In this document: one piece after another, positions 12,285 through 26,122 of the stretch
Layout: each line of letters starts with the position of its first letter
Numbering within the stretch: position 1 is the stretch's first letter
From: Azolla caroliniana
Lineage: Eukaryota > Plantae > Polypodiophyta
Direction: 5' to 3'
Length of the DNA stretch: 64,000 nt
Assembly: GCA_043228905.1 (NCBI GenBank)
Contig: JBHGNT010000014.1
Coordinates: 4,774,001-4,838,000 of the forward strand
Position numbers and translations under genes: made by a program
Notes under the pieces: model-generated
Database searches by the model: none
The model's input: the letters and a program-made list of their open reading frames with translations, nothing else
What the model was told of the DNA's origin: nothing

Positions 12285-15200
12285 CACTGTTACGCGCTCT
12301 CTCTTCTTTTCACCAACAAGAATGACAACGACCTCATTACTAAGTTTGCCCTAAGTCATATTTATACTAATATGACTTTTCGGCTATTTACAAATATAGC
12401 CACGATGGACTCTCAGGAAACATATTTATGAATATGTCCCTTCATCCGGTGAGCACTCCTCACCGGGCCTGCATCATCCGGCTCTTGCCGGGCACATGTC
12501 ATCCGGTTCTCACCGGGTCTTCACCATCCGGCTCTTGCTGGGTACTTCTCATCCGGTTCTCACCGGGTCTTCACCATCCGGAGGGACCTGTTTCCTAACA
12601 GAAGAGTGTACCATGTTATTGTATGCAAACTGAGCAAGATGTAGAATATTGCTCCAATCATCTTGTTGATAACTGATGAAGCATCGACGATATTGCTCGA
12701 GCGTTTGATTTGTGCACTCTGTTTGTCCGTCGGTTTGTGGATGATAAGCCGAAGAGAGTTTGCAGGAGATTTTGAGGCCTGCCCATAGGTGCTTCCAAAA
12801 GTGAGAGATAAATTGAGGACCACGATCAGTAATTATATCGTCTGGAAGACCATGATGGTGAAATACTTCACGCATAACGATATCTACGGTTTCCTGACTA
12901 TTGATACTCTTTACACATGGTAAAAAATGTGCCATCTTGGTAAACCGATCCACTATTGTTAAAACGGTATCAAATCCTTTTGAAGGTGGTAGATCTGTAA
13001 TGAAATCCATAGAAATAGATTGCCATGGCTTGGTTGGAGGCGGTAATGGTTGTAACAAGCCATAAGGATGATGCTTGGGTATTTTTGCTCGACAACAGGT
13101 GTCACATGTATGAACATAATCTTTGACAAATTTTTTCAAATGAGGCCACCAAAACGAGTGCTTCGCCAACTCCATGGTCTTGGCAATACCAAAATGTCCA
13201 ACCATAAGGGCATCATGACAATGTTGTAATACTTGAAGGTGGGGGTGATCCATCAGGGACGTAAAGGAAATTCTTGTAAAAGAGTAAGCCATCTTGCCAC
13301 TTGAATTCCTGATAATGTTGAGATGAATCTTGCAATGTGGAGCAAGATGCATGGCTTGGACTAATGTGGGTTGAGACATCCTTAGCAAAATCATCAGAGT
13401 GAAGTTGTTGCCGAATAGTATCAACAATGCGTGAATCAAGCGGCGTCGCATAAACTGTTGTTGCTTGTAGCTTTGATGGTCCTAGTAGAATTTGCTTTTG
13501 GTTGTCGAAGGTCGGATCTCCAGGTTGAGGTGCAAGATATGAACGTCGAGATAGAGCATCTGGCTTCCCTTGTTGCTTCCTGGGGCGGAAAACGATCTTG
13601 AAATAAAAACAAGTTAGAAACTGTGCCCACCGAGCTTGTCTCCTATTTAACACTCGAGCCATTTGAAAATACATAAGATTTTTGTGATCACTATAAATGA
13701 TTATTTGATGAGGTGATCCTTCCAAGAAATGTCACCATTGCTCAAAAGAGTCAACCACAGCTAGTAACTCCTTGCCATGCACCTCATAGTTTATCTCCAT
13801 AGCAGTAAATTTTCTCGAGTGAAACGCGACTGGATGGGACTGCCCGTCCTTGCCTGGTTGGGATAGGATACTCCCCAATGCAAAGTCTGACGCATCCGCT
13901 TCAATGGTAAATGGATTTTTGGGATCAATACGTGCTAATATAGGAGTTGATGTGAATGCCTCTTTGAGCTAAGTAAAGGTTGTGTCTGCTTCAATAGTCC
14001 AAACAAACGCATGATTCTTCTTGGTGAGTTGGGTGAGAGGCAACCCAAGAATTCGACTTGTTCGTTTTCAAAACTGCACTTCTCAAGTGTGGCATACAGA
14101 CCATACTTTCTTAAGCGTTCAAGTACTTTCCGGACATGTATATCATGCTCCTCCTGTGTTTTAGAGTAAATCAACAGATCATCTAAATAGATTATGAGAA
14201 AGATGTCTAGAAAATCCCAGAAAATGTCATTTGCCATATGTTGGAAAACTGCGGGTGCATTTGTGAGCCTGAAAGGCATGACTGTATACTCAAAATGACC
14301 ATATTGAGTGAGAAATGTTGTTTTCCACTTATCTCCCGATCGAATGCGAACAAGATTATATGCATCCCTTAAATCAATCTTTGTAAAATGTTTTGCCCCA
14401 CCAATGCACTCTAAAAGGCTGGAGATTAAAGGAAGAGCATACCTATTTCTTATGGTGACTTTATTTAATCCCCAATAGTCCACGACCAAACGAAGCGATC
14501 CGTCCTTTTTCTTCACAAAAAATATAGGAGCACCAGCTGGAGATTTTGAATGTCAAATAAACCCATGTGCAAGATTCTCCTCAATGTATTCTCAAAGAAC
14601 CTCAAGCTCAGTTGGCGATAAATTGTAGATCGAACCCCACGGTGACTCTTTTCCTGGTTGGAGGTCAATGTGACAATCGTATGGCCGATGCTTTGGACGT
14701 ACAATAGCTTTGACTTTGTCGAAAACATCAGCATATTCTTGTTATTTTTCGGGAATTTGGATGTCTGGATTCCCCTGAGTCGCACTAGAAGGTGTCACTT
14801 ATATTCCAAATAAGAAAAGTTCCTCCTTTCCTCCCACTTGGAACAATTGTTGCAATGTGATGGTTGAGATTTGGTGAAAAGGAGATGGTGCACTAGTAGA
14901 ACTATATTCTTTAAGGGAATACTCCTAGGTTCGATCCTTAGCAATGATGTTTTCTACAAAAGGGCACCAAATTTCTCGCCTCCTCCAACTTATTGGTGGG
15001 TTATGTAGCTCGATCCATGGCAAACCAAAGACAATTGGATGCTCGGGGCCACAGATTATATTAAAGGAAACTACACATCCTAAATCACCTAAGAGTATGT
15101 GTATTGGCTCTGACTCTTCGAATATCTTCCCGGAAGCTATGGAACGTCCATCAATCACTACTACGGAAACTAGGCAAGGAAGTGTGTGCAAGGATATTTG

Positions 15201-17795
15201 ATGTTTTTGGGCAAAATCTCTATCCATGAAACAAGAATTGGCTCCAGTATCTAAGAGGGCTTGGACGTGAAGTTGGAAACTTGGTGTCCTAACTTGTACT
15301 TGGGCTGAGAAGACTCTACTAACATGCTTGGATAAAATGGAACCTACACTAGGTTGTACAGAGCTAGTGTTGTCCAACCAAATGGCTCCTATTTTGGTCG
15401 GACTTATTCGTTTGACTCCTCTTCTAATTGGCTTAGGACTTCAAACTTATTGGACAAGGGTGGATTATTCATAATATTAGAATCACTAAGTGCTTCTAAA
15501 ATGTTGGACTCATTTTTATTGTCATAGTGAATTTGATTTACTTGACCTCTCGGCCTACAGGAGCAATGAATGGCTATATGTCCTGGACCTCCGCAATATA
15601 AGCACACACGGTTTGCTCGACGTCGTTGTTTCTCTTCGTCCGACAATGGTCCTCAACATTGGGTCATATCGATCTCCATGGGTGTTGGCCTATCCATTGG
15701 GGTTGGGCTACGTGTTTGCCTTGGGGTTGGAGCAGGGCTATATGTTTGCCTTGGAGACGATTGCGTCATTACTGATGCATAAGTTGGTGTGTATCTTGAT
15801 ATTGTTATTTGTTGGTGTTGCTCACATCGACGCTCAAAAAGACAATTATCACACCGTATTGCTCGACTAATAGCTTCTGTAAGTGATTTTGGATCCTCAG
15901 GGAAGGTAAGAAGTAAGTCCTTCACATCACTACGAAGACCGGAACGAAATTGCTCCATTAGGGCTTGTTCATCCCAAGGAATATCGCTTGCGATGAGACA
16001 AAAATTAGTTGCATATGTTGAGGCTGGTTGATCACCTTGACATAGTGTACGAATCTTGTTGATTGTCGTTCTTGCCCCATCTGTATCTCCGAAGCAAGCC
16101 TTTAATTCTTTGACAAACTCCTCGAAATTATGCAGTAGAGGAGAATTGTTCTCTAGTAATGGAGCAAACCATGACAATGTTATGCCAATCAATAAGGTGC
16201 CCACTAACCCACTCGTGATGCATCTGTCGGATAACGCGTGGGATGCATTTGGATAACCAACCGCACTTGATTCAAGAAACCTCCGAAATGCGCCCTTGAA
16301 CCATCAAATTTAGCTGGGAGACTGATTTTGGGCTCCTTAATACTTCCTTGACCTTCAACCCTTTGTTGTTGTAAAATTACAATTGTCGATTCTAATTGTT
16401 GCACCCGTCGCATAAACTCTTCTTCTTGTTGTTGCTTCTCAACAGTAACCTTTTGTAGATCCCCAAGAAGACGCGGAGTCTCTAATTCAAGAGATGCGAA
16501 CTTGGATTTAATATTCTCCATTTCTGCAACAAGGGTGAGATATTCTTCCAAGTTGATGGCAGCCATGTTTCGTGATGTTTATAGAGGAGGATAAGGGAGA
16601 GAGAGAGGGAGAGAGAGAGAGAGAGAATTCGAATCAAACTATTTCGTGAATGTATTAGTAAGATAGAATGAAGATGGATACAAGAAAGGTGACGAAAGCT
16701 TAAGACTGGTGTTGATTCGAATTGGTTTGAGAAGAATTGTATGTCCATATTTATAGGTTCCTATAGAATAGCCTAGTGATTTCTATAATGCTCTAGAATG
16801 TTCTAGATCTAGAATATTCTAAGATGTTCTAGGATATTCTAGAATGTTCTAGAATTTTCCAAAACATTTACAATTATCAATCTATTACAAGAAGTAGCTT
16901 TTATTATTTTATATAATCATATGCTATCCTAATGGTTAAGTTCTTGATTATGTATTACAAGGTCTTAGGTTCAAGCCCAAGTGATGCCATGATGCTTATG
17001 TATTCATGAAAACCGGGAGTCGGAGAAAAAGATGGTGGACTCCAGATCAACCAACAAAAACCGGTTTGAGTGTTGAGAAGCAAGCTCAACATGGTATGTG
17101 ATGCTTATGAGAAATAAGCTATAGTAGCTATTTAGCTACTAGTGAACAAAAAGGTAAAACAGCTATTTAGCTAGTGACAGCTAATTAGCTAGTGAACAGC
17201 TATTTAGCGACTGACAGCTAATTAGCTACTGGCAACTAATTAGCTGCATGTGTAATAACTTATGACTTAGGTAAAAGTAAGTGAGAGTGAATAGTAAGTA
17301 AGTAGTAAGAAAAAACAGAGAATAGAGAGTAGAGAACTCTGAGAGAGAGTGAGAGACCAGAAGACTGACGAGAGCAAGTTGAGAGAGAGAGGGAGAGAGA
17401 GAGAGAGAGAATTCGAATCAAACTATTTCGTGAATGTATTAGTAAGATAGAATGAAGATGGATACAAGAAAGGTGACGAAAGCTTAAGACTGGTGTTGAT
17501 TCGAATTGGTTTGAGAAGAATTGTATGTCCATATTTATAGGTTCCTATAGAATAGCCTAGTGATTTCTATAATGCTCTAGAATGTTCTAGATCTAGAATA
17601 TTCTAAGATGTTCTAGGATATTCTAGAATGTTCTAGAATTTTCCAAAACATTTACAATTATCAATCTATTACAAGAAGTAGCTTTTATTATTTTATATAA
17701 TCATATGCTATCCTAATGGTTAAGTTCTTGATTATGTATTACAAGGTCTTAGGTTCAAGCCCAAGTGATGCCATGATGCTTATGTATTCATGAAA
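10909..17795 (-). mobile_element. Degenerate chromovirus G1a (Tcn1/sushi-like Gypsy)
   Basis: 3' LTR 10909-11303, chromodomain 11296-11742, INT/RH/RT/PR ORF fragments and gag 15404-16566. The 5' LTR is duplicated (ends 17011 and 17795). TSD ACTGG at 10904-10908 and 17796-17800. Homologous to 46157-51837. Confidence 0.9.
11974..12600 (-). repeat. Solo LTR (Copia A group) inserted in the G1a integrase
   Basis: TG...CA ends, TSD GAAGA (11969-11973 / 12601-12605), and about 25-bp CCGG-rich subrepeats. Confidence 0.9.
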
Positions 17796-18164
17796 ACTGG
17801 GAGTCGGAGAAAAAGATGGTGGACTCCAGATCAACCAACAAAAACCGGTTTGAGTGTTGAGAAGCAAGCTCAACATGGTATGTGATGCTTATGAGAAATA
17901 AGCTATAGTAGCTATTTAGCTACTAGTGAACAAAAAGGTAAAACAGCTATTTAGCTAGTGACAGCTAATTAGCTAGTGAACAGCTATTTAGCGACTGACA
18001 GCTAATTAGCTACTGGCAGCTAATTAGCTGCATGTGTAATAACTTATGACTTAGGTAAAAGTAAGTGAGAGTGAATAGTAAGTAAGTAGTAAGAAAAAAC
18101 AGAGAATAGAGAGTAGAGAACTCTGAGAGAGAGTGAGAGACCAGAAGACTGACGAGAGCAAGTT
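16597..18164. repeat. 784-bp tandem duplication spanning three nested elements
   Basis: 16597-17380 matches 17381-18164 with two substitutions seen (ACCGG/ACTGG and GGCAAC/GGCAGC). GAG microhomology at the junction. Confidence 0.9.
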
Positions 18165-18469
18165 GAGCTCTACATGTAATAGAAGAAAACCATTTTGCTA
18201 CTACAGAGGTAAGTCCCCTTTCCTTTCTCTGTCTGTTTAGAGCACGCTAACGATCCAGCACACTACGATCCGCCGCGCATACAAAAGAAGAGCCCGAGTG
18301 CCTTCTTCACGTTTTCTTAACATGGTATCAGAGCAGAGTAGCTTGTAAGGAAGAGTATAGCAGTGCCTTAATCTGAGAAAGTTATTTCTCTGGTTGCTGA
18401 TCAGAAATCAGAAAGTTACTTGTTGAAGTAACTAAAGCAAAACCCTGGTTTTTTGGAAGAAAAAAAAAA

Positions 18470-20799
18470 ATGGCTGTAGAGAATGTAGGCCAAATGGTCA
18501 CAGAGAAATTAGATAAAAACAATTTTCCGGCGTGGAAATTCAGAATGACAAACTTTCTGATGGGGAAAGGATACTGGGATTACATTGAAGGAGACCTAGA
18601 AGAGGCTCCAGAGATCCCAGAAGAGAATGCAACAGCTGCACATATTAAGGCATTTAAAGATTGGAATCAAGGGGCAAGGAAAGTAATGCATTGGCTATCA
18701 CTCAGCATCTCAGATTCAATGCTTGGGCATATACAAGATGCTATGCTCCCAAAAGAAGCTTGGGACAACTTGGTAAAACTGTTTGCAGTAAACACAAAAG
18801 CTAGAAAGCTACAGTTGAAGACTGAGCTAAATACCTTAGAAAAAGGTAAGATGTCAATAAATGAGTATGCCCTAAAAATCAAGAGTATATGTGAATCACT
18901 TGCTTCTATCAATGTGAAGATAGAAGATGATGACAAAGTGGAAATATGCTTAAGAGGCTTAGGACCTCAATACAAGAGTTTTAAAACTTCTATGCTCACA
19001 AGGGATAGTATCCCAAGTTTTTCAGATCTGGTCTCAATGCTTGTGGTAGAGGAAAGGAATCAGATGGATGATGCAAATAAAGGAAACTCAGAGAACGAGG
19101 GGCAAGCTCTCTATAATAATGCCGGAAGAGGCCGAGGAAGAGGCCATGGAAGATTTGGCTCAGGAAGAACCAATAATAATGGCTCTCAAGGAAGAGGACA
19201 ACAAGCTCATAGAGGAGGAAACAACAACAGAGGCAGGGGGAGCAACCAAGGTAGAGGTAAGCAAACTTATGTAAATGATGATGGCTGCTGGTATTGTGGT
19301 AAACCAGGCCATACACAGGCTGAATGTTACAAGAAACAAAATGATGAGAAAAGAGGAAAAGGACAACAGAGTAACTATGCCTCTACTAGTGAAGATTGTG
19401 AAAAGGAAGGTGTTTTTGTAGTGCAACATGAGATAGCAGCAGTGGCTGAAAGCTCACAGAAATGTAATGAAGAGTTTACGTGGTATGTAGACTCGGGGGC
19501 ATCTAACCATATGACTGGACATGCAAATTGGTTTGAGAGTTTAAGAGAACCAGAGGTTCCTGGTTATGTACAAACAGGTGATGACACAACTCACCAAATA
19601 AAACATGTTGGAGATATCCCATTGTGGGAAGAAAGAGGAAAAACCAAGTATATGTTGAATGTGATGCATGTTCCAAACCTTGCTAAGAATCTGATTTCTG
19701 TTGGACAGATTGTAGAGCAAGGTATGCAAGTGAAGTTTAAGCAAAGTGGATGCTATATAGAAAAGAATGGGAAGCTCATTGCAAAAGGGAAGAGACAAGG
19801 AAGAATGTTTATCTTGGATGTAGAAATGCCCAAACAGATTTCAGCCATGTTTGCAAATGGAACGAGTGTAATCTCAGATGTGGAAATGTGGCATAAAAGG
19901 ATTGGCCATATAAGTATGCAAACATTAAAGAATATGTTGAGAAAAGATGCAGTGGCTGGACTGCCAAACTTGAAAAAGTGTGAAATGGGAAAAGTATGTG
20001 AAGCATGTCAATATGGTAAGCAAAACAGGTTGCCATTCCCTCATGAGAGACATGTAAGCAAAAATCTGTTGGATTTGGTACATACAGATGTATGGGGACC
20101 AACAAAGAATGCATCTATTGGTGGATGCAGATTTTATGTTACATTTATTGATGATTGTTCACGAAAGACATGGGTGTACTTCATGAAGGAGAAAAGTGAA
20201 GTATTTGACTGTTTTCGTAAGTTTAAATGCATGGTAGAAAAGCAGGCTGGTACAAGGATAAAATGTTTGAGATCTGATGGAGGAGGAGAGTATTTCTCCA
20301 ATGAATTTTCTGATTTTTTGTGTAATCAGGGAATAAGAAGACAGTTCACATGCCGATATACTCCACAGCAAAATGGAGTTGCTGAGAGGAAAAACAGAAC
20401 TTTGGTGAACATAGCAAGGGCAATGATGACTGAGAAAAACATGCCATTATACTATTGGGCAGAAGCTGTAAATACAGCAAATTACATTTTAAATAGATGT
20501 ATTACATCAGGAGTACATGAGGCAACTCCTGAAGAGTGTTTTTATGGCAGGAAGCCTAGCTTACAACACTTGAAAGTGTTTGGATGCCTTGCATATGTAC
20601 ATGTGCCTGCAGAAGTAAGAAGTAAGTTGGATCCAAAAGCAGAAAAATGTATCTTTGTTGGATATTCAGAAGAACAAAAAGGGTACAGATGTTATAACCC
20701 TGTGACTAAAAAGATTGTGACAAGTCGAGATGTGATATTTGATGAGTTGGCTAGTTGGTACAGCCCAAAACAGAATCTAGAGACTGATGAAGACTGTCA
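18470..20799 (+). CDS. Copia B polyprotein, 5' part (Gag, zinc knuckle, protease, integrase)
   Basis: CWYCGKPGHTQAEC, WYVDSGASNH, WHKRIGH..CEAC, LVHTDVWGP, LRSDGGGEY and QQNGVAERKN motifs. Interrupted at the TGTCA target site. Confidence 0.9.
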
Positions 20800-23700
20800 T
20801 GATGGAAATTAATCGAAACTTTCCAAACTTCACCTCTCGGCCACAACCAAGGAAAACACACGAATCGTTGTTGCAGAAAATGGGAAATGCGAAAGATAGA
20901 GTGGACACACGATTTAACGTGGAAAACCCTGTACGGGAAAAACCACGGGAGTACTAGACTCCGAAGCAAAACTATGCACAGAGAAGTATACAATGGCGAG
21001 CTGCAAGGCGACGACCTTGAGCTCGCTGTCCTCGCCACAGGCGGCGGAAATACACAGAGGCGTCGACCTCTTCCTCTCTCACGCTCTATCTCTCTCACGG
21101 CTGCTCTCTCTTCACTCCTCTTGAGTGGAAAAACAGAAAAATGAGTAGCAACATAAAACTGTTTGCCCTAAGTCATATTTATACACATATGACTTTGGGG
21201 CTATTTACAACTATAGCCTCAAGGGCCCTTAGCAAACATATTCACGGATATGTCCCCGCATCCGGATCTCTCTCCGGGTACATTCGTCATCCGGCTCCGA
21301 AGCCGGGGTCTTCATCATCCGGTTCCGAAACCGAAACCGGGCTCGTCGGCATTCATCTCCGACATCCGACCATCCCATCCGAAGGGACCGTAATCCCAAC
21401 AAACTCCCCCTTCACTTCGGCATGGGATGTCTTTCCAATCCGATCCTCTTCCGGCATGCTTCCAGCTTGTCGGGTGTGAGCACCTTGGTCAGCATATCCG
21501 ACCCGTTCTCGTCCGTGTGGACCTTCGTCAGCACGAACTCCTTGTCTTCTATCCTTTCCCGGATCCAGTGATATCTTCGCTGGATGTGCTTCGTCCAGGA
21601 GTGATAGGCCGCGTTCTTCGCAAGGTGGATTGCACTCTGACTGTCGCAGTAGAGTCGGTACTCCTCCTGCCGGATACCGAGCTCTCTAATGAAGTCCTTC
21701 ATCCATATTATTTCCTTGCCGGCTTCAACAGCCGCCATGTACTCCGCCTCCGTGGTTGACAACGCAACCGTCTTCTGCAGCCTCGACTGCCATGAAACAA
21801 CTCCCCCTGCATACGTCATCACATACCCTGATGTGGACCGGCTGGTATCTGCATCAGCCGACATATCCGAATTGGTGAAGCCGTCGAGTTCGGGCTTACC
21901 GGAGCCGAATCGGAGGCACACGTTTGCCGTGCCCTTCAGGTATCAGAGTATCCACTTGGCCGCATTCCAATGCTCTTTGCCGGGATTGCTCATGTACCGG
22001 CTCACCACTCCGACTGCATATCCTATGTCCGGTCGGGTACACACCATTGCGTACATCAAGCTCCCGACGGCAGAGGCATATGGTACTTTCATCATGTCCT
22101 CCTTCTCAGCCTTTGTCTTGGGGCTTTGCTTGCTGGACAACTTGCAGTTTGCCGGGAGTGTTGATCCGACCGGTCTTGCTTCCGACATGTTGAACCGGTG
22201 AAGCACCTTTGTCACGTACTTCTCCTGTGACAGCCACAACTGCTTCTTCTTCCGGTCCCGGATGATGTGCATCCCTAGTATTTGCCTCGCCGGACCCAGG
22301 TCCTTCATTGAGAAGGTTCGGTGAAGAGCCTTCTTCAGCATCCGTATCTTGACCTGGTCCCGTCCGACGATCAACATGTCGTCCACATACAGGAGGAGTA
22401 TTAGAAAGTCTCCTCCTTCGAACTTCTTCACAAACACGCAGTGGTCGGACTGCGTTTTGAGGTACCCTTCGTCGGTCATGAAAGAGTCGAACTTCCGGTA
22501 CCATTGCCGGGGAGCCTGCTTCAGTCCGTAAAGGCTCTTCTTCAGCCGGCATACCAGGTGCTCCTTCCCTTTCTTCTCGAATCCTTCCGGTTGCTGCATG
22601 TAGATCTCTTCTTCGAGGTCACCGTGAAGGAATGCCGTCTTCACGTCCATCTGTTCTACCTCGAGGTCCATGCTTGCCGCTATGCTCAGCACCGTCCGGA
22701 TGGAGGTCATCTTCACTACCGGGGCAAATATCTCGTCGAAGTCGACGCCCTTCTTCTGCTGAAACCCCTTCACCACGATCCTGGCTTTGTATCTTGGGGG
22801 GTTTCCGGCATCTCCCGGTTTCAGCTTGAACACCCACTTGTTTCGAAGTGCCCGCTTTCCTTTCGGCAACTCCACAAGTTCATATGTATGGTTCTCATGC
22901 AGGGAATCCATCTCGTCCTGCATGGCACTCAACCACCTGCGGCTCTGGGTGTCATGCTTTGCTTCTTCAAAGCTCTCCGGCTCCCCCTCGTCTGTTAGCA
23001 GCACGTGCTCTGGTTCCGGAAATCTCCGGGGGGCCCTTCTCTCTCTTAGAGGATATCTCCGTTCCGGAGCTTCGGTGACCGGCTCCTCCGTTTCCTCTTC
23101 ATCCGAATCCATTTCGGGATCGGGGCCGGTTCCGGTATCAGTTTCATCTTCCTCGGCCGGTTCTGTTTCTTCACCGTCTTCGGCCGGATCCTCGAGTGCT
23201 AACCGGTCCCTTGCCGGTCGGGACTGCTCCTCGTAGAGTTGATCCTCACCGGTCGACTTGGAGCTCTTCATCTTCTTCTCCGACTCCCAGTCGGTGAGTG
23301 TCTTGTTCTCCATGAAGATGATATCACGACTCCGGAATATCTTCTTGTCGACCGGGTCCCATACTCGGTAGCCGAACTCGTCATCGCCGTAACCGAGGAA
23401 TATGCATGGCCGGGTCTTTGGATCTAGCTTTCCTCTCCGGTCCTTTGCCACATGCACGTATGCGAGACACCCGAACACCTTCAGATGCCGGTAGGATACT
23501 TCCCTACCGGTCCACACTCTCTGCGGCGTGTCTCCGTCCAAAGGTACTGAGGGTGATCTGTTTATCACGTATGTCGCCGTCGACATCGCCTCAGCCCAAA
23601 ACCCCTTGGGTAATTCCGCATGCGCCAGCATACTCCGGACCCTCTCCATTATGGTCCGGTTCATCCTCTCGGCCAGCCCGTTCAGTTCCGGCGTCTTCGG

Positions 23701-26117
23701 CACAGTAAACTCGAGCCGGATTCCCTTCGAGCGACAGTACTCCGCGAACTGCCCCCGGTATTCCCCTCCGTTATCCGCTCGTATCGCTTTCAGCTTCTTG
23801 CCGGATTCCCTTTCCACTCTCGCGTGGAGTTCTTTGAAGACGGACAACACTTGGTCCTTTGTCTTCAGCGGTGCCGTCCACAGCTTCCGGCTATGGTCAT
23901 CTATGAATGTCACGAAGTACTGGGCTCCGCCATGTGACTTCGTTTCTACCTGACACACGTCAGTGTGCACCAACTCCAATGGTGCGCTACGTCTCGTCGG
24001 TGGCCTTGAGTGGAAGGAGGTTCGGTTCTGCTTACCGGCCAGGCAATCGGTGCACTTCTCCAGGTGCACATGCTTCACTGGAATAAGGTTGTCTTCTGCA
24101 AGCCTCTTCATCCCCTTCTCACTCATGTGGCACAGTCTCTTGTGCCACAGCTCACCGGCAGTGTCGGCTGCCACGTTCAACTCTTCCGGACACAACCAGG
24201 CATTCATAAGGTACAGTGTGTTGACTTTCCGGGCCCGAGCCACTATCAGGCTCCCCTTGCTGAACCTCATTACGCCGTTCCGGATGCTACCTGTGTAGCC
24301 TTCATCGTCTAGCCTCCCGGCCGAAATCAGGTTCAATCGAACCTCCGGAACGTGTCGGACATCCTTCAGCATCATTTTGCATCCGGTCGGGGTTGTCAAC
24401 CACACGTCTCCTATGCCGGCAATCCGGCACGTACCTTCATTTCCCATCCGAACACAGCCATGCTCACCGGCTGTGTAGGATGAGAAGTATCTTCTCTCCG
24501 GGGTCAGGTGGAACGACGCTCCGGAATCGACCACCCAGGTAGTCTCATCGCCGGCAATGTTTAGTTCACCTTCTTCGGTGATGAGCATGATCTCCTCTTC
24601 ACTTGCCGCGAGTGCCGTCGTTCCTTTCCGGTCCTGCCCTCGCCGATCCGAACCATTCCGGTCCGTGGCTCCCCGGTAAGCACCGTTCCGTTCCGAAGAC
24701 TTCTTCGAATCGGTGTCGTCGGCTCCGTTGTCTTTTCGGTAATGCCGACAATTCTTTCGGAAGTGCCCCGGCTTCCCACAGTGGAAGCATGTGGGCCTTC
24801 CTCTTGACTGCGACCGGGTCCCCGACTTCTCCCGTCTTTGCGGACTCCGGTTCCGTTGTCTTCCCCGATCCGATTCGGTAAACAACATCTTCGGATCGGA
24901 GGCCGGTTCTTTATCTCTCCGACGCGCTTCTTCGTTCAAAATACTTGTCTTTACCGTTTGTAGGGACAAGTTATCTTCCGTGCAGGAGGTGCTGAGAGTC
25001 ACCACCAAGTTCTCCCAGCTTTCCGGCAATGTACACATCAGAATGATGGCTTGCATTGCATCCTCCAGCGGGAACTTGATCGCCGCAAGCTGGTTCACGA
25101 ATCCCATGAACGTGCTTACGTGTTCCACCATACTCTCGCCGTCCCGGTACTTGAGGTTCACTATCTTCCTCATCAGGGAGGTCCGGTTCAATGCATTCTT
25201 CCTCTCGTAGAGGCCCGACAGCTTCCGCCACATCTCATATGCGTTGGTGTCGTTCGCCACATGTTGTAGAACGCTCACGTCTACGTATTGCCGAATGGTT
25301 GCAACGGCTTTCCGGTTCAGAAGCCTCCATTCCGACTCAAGTACTCCCTTCGGTATTTCCGACCTGTCAATCGGTTCGTACAGGTCCCGAACAATCAGAA
25401 GATCCTCCATCTTGATCTTCCAGTCGGCGTAATTCTGCGCATTCAGCACCATCATCCCCGGCTGCCCGCTGCCGCCGCCTTCCATTTTCTGCAGCAGTTC
25501 GCTCTGATACCAAATTGATGGAAATTAATCGAAACTTTCCAAACTTCACCTCTCGGCCACAACCAAGGAAAACACACGAATCGTTGTTGCAGAAAATGGG
25601 AAATGCGAAAGATAGAGTGGACACACGATTTAACGTGGAAAACCCTGTACGGGAAAAACCACGGGAGTACTAGACTCCGAAGCAAAACTATGCACAGAGA
25701 AGTATACAATGGCGAGCTGCAAGGCGACGACCTTGAGCTCGCTGTCCTCGCCACAGGCGGCGGAAATACACAGAGGCGTCGACCTCTTCCTCTCTCACGC
25801 TCTATCTCTCTCACGGCTGCTCTCTCTTCACTCCTCTTGAGTGGAAAAACAGAAAAATGAGTAGCAACATAAAACTGTTTGCCCTAAGTCATATTTATAC
25901 ACATATGACTTTGGGGCTATTTACAACTATAGCCTCAAGGGCCCTTAGCAAACATATTCACGGATATGTCCCCGCATCCGGATCTCTCTCCGGGTACATT
26001 CGTCATCCGGCTCCGAAGCCGGGGTCTTCATCATCCGGTTCCGAAACCGAAACCGGGCTCGTCGGCATTCATCTCCGACATCCGACCATCCCATCCGAAG
26101 GGACCGTAATCCCAACA
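20800..26117 (-). mobile_element. Young Tnt1/Tork-like Copia A3
   Basis: 602-bp LTRs 20800-21401 and 25516-26117 (no difference seen), TSD TGTCA (20795-20799 / 26118-26122), iMet PBS and PPT present. Confidence 0.95.
21412..25485 (-). pseudogene. Copia A3 polyprotein with one premature stop
   Basis: The 1180-aa ORF and the in-frame 169-aa ORF are separated by a TGA at 21943-21945 where the intact paralog has CGA (Arg). Confidence 0.9.
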
Positions 26118-26122
26118 TGTCA

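Noticed and set aside
21939-21948. Internal PBS-like GGTATCAGAG
   Set aside because: It overlaps the CGA>TGA nonsense change on the opposite strand and has no adjacent LTR.
21427-25624. Many overlapping or antisense ORFs in Copia A3 and A4
   Set aside because: Expected shadow ORFs of GC-rich coding sequence; no recognisable domains.
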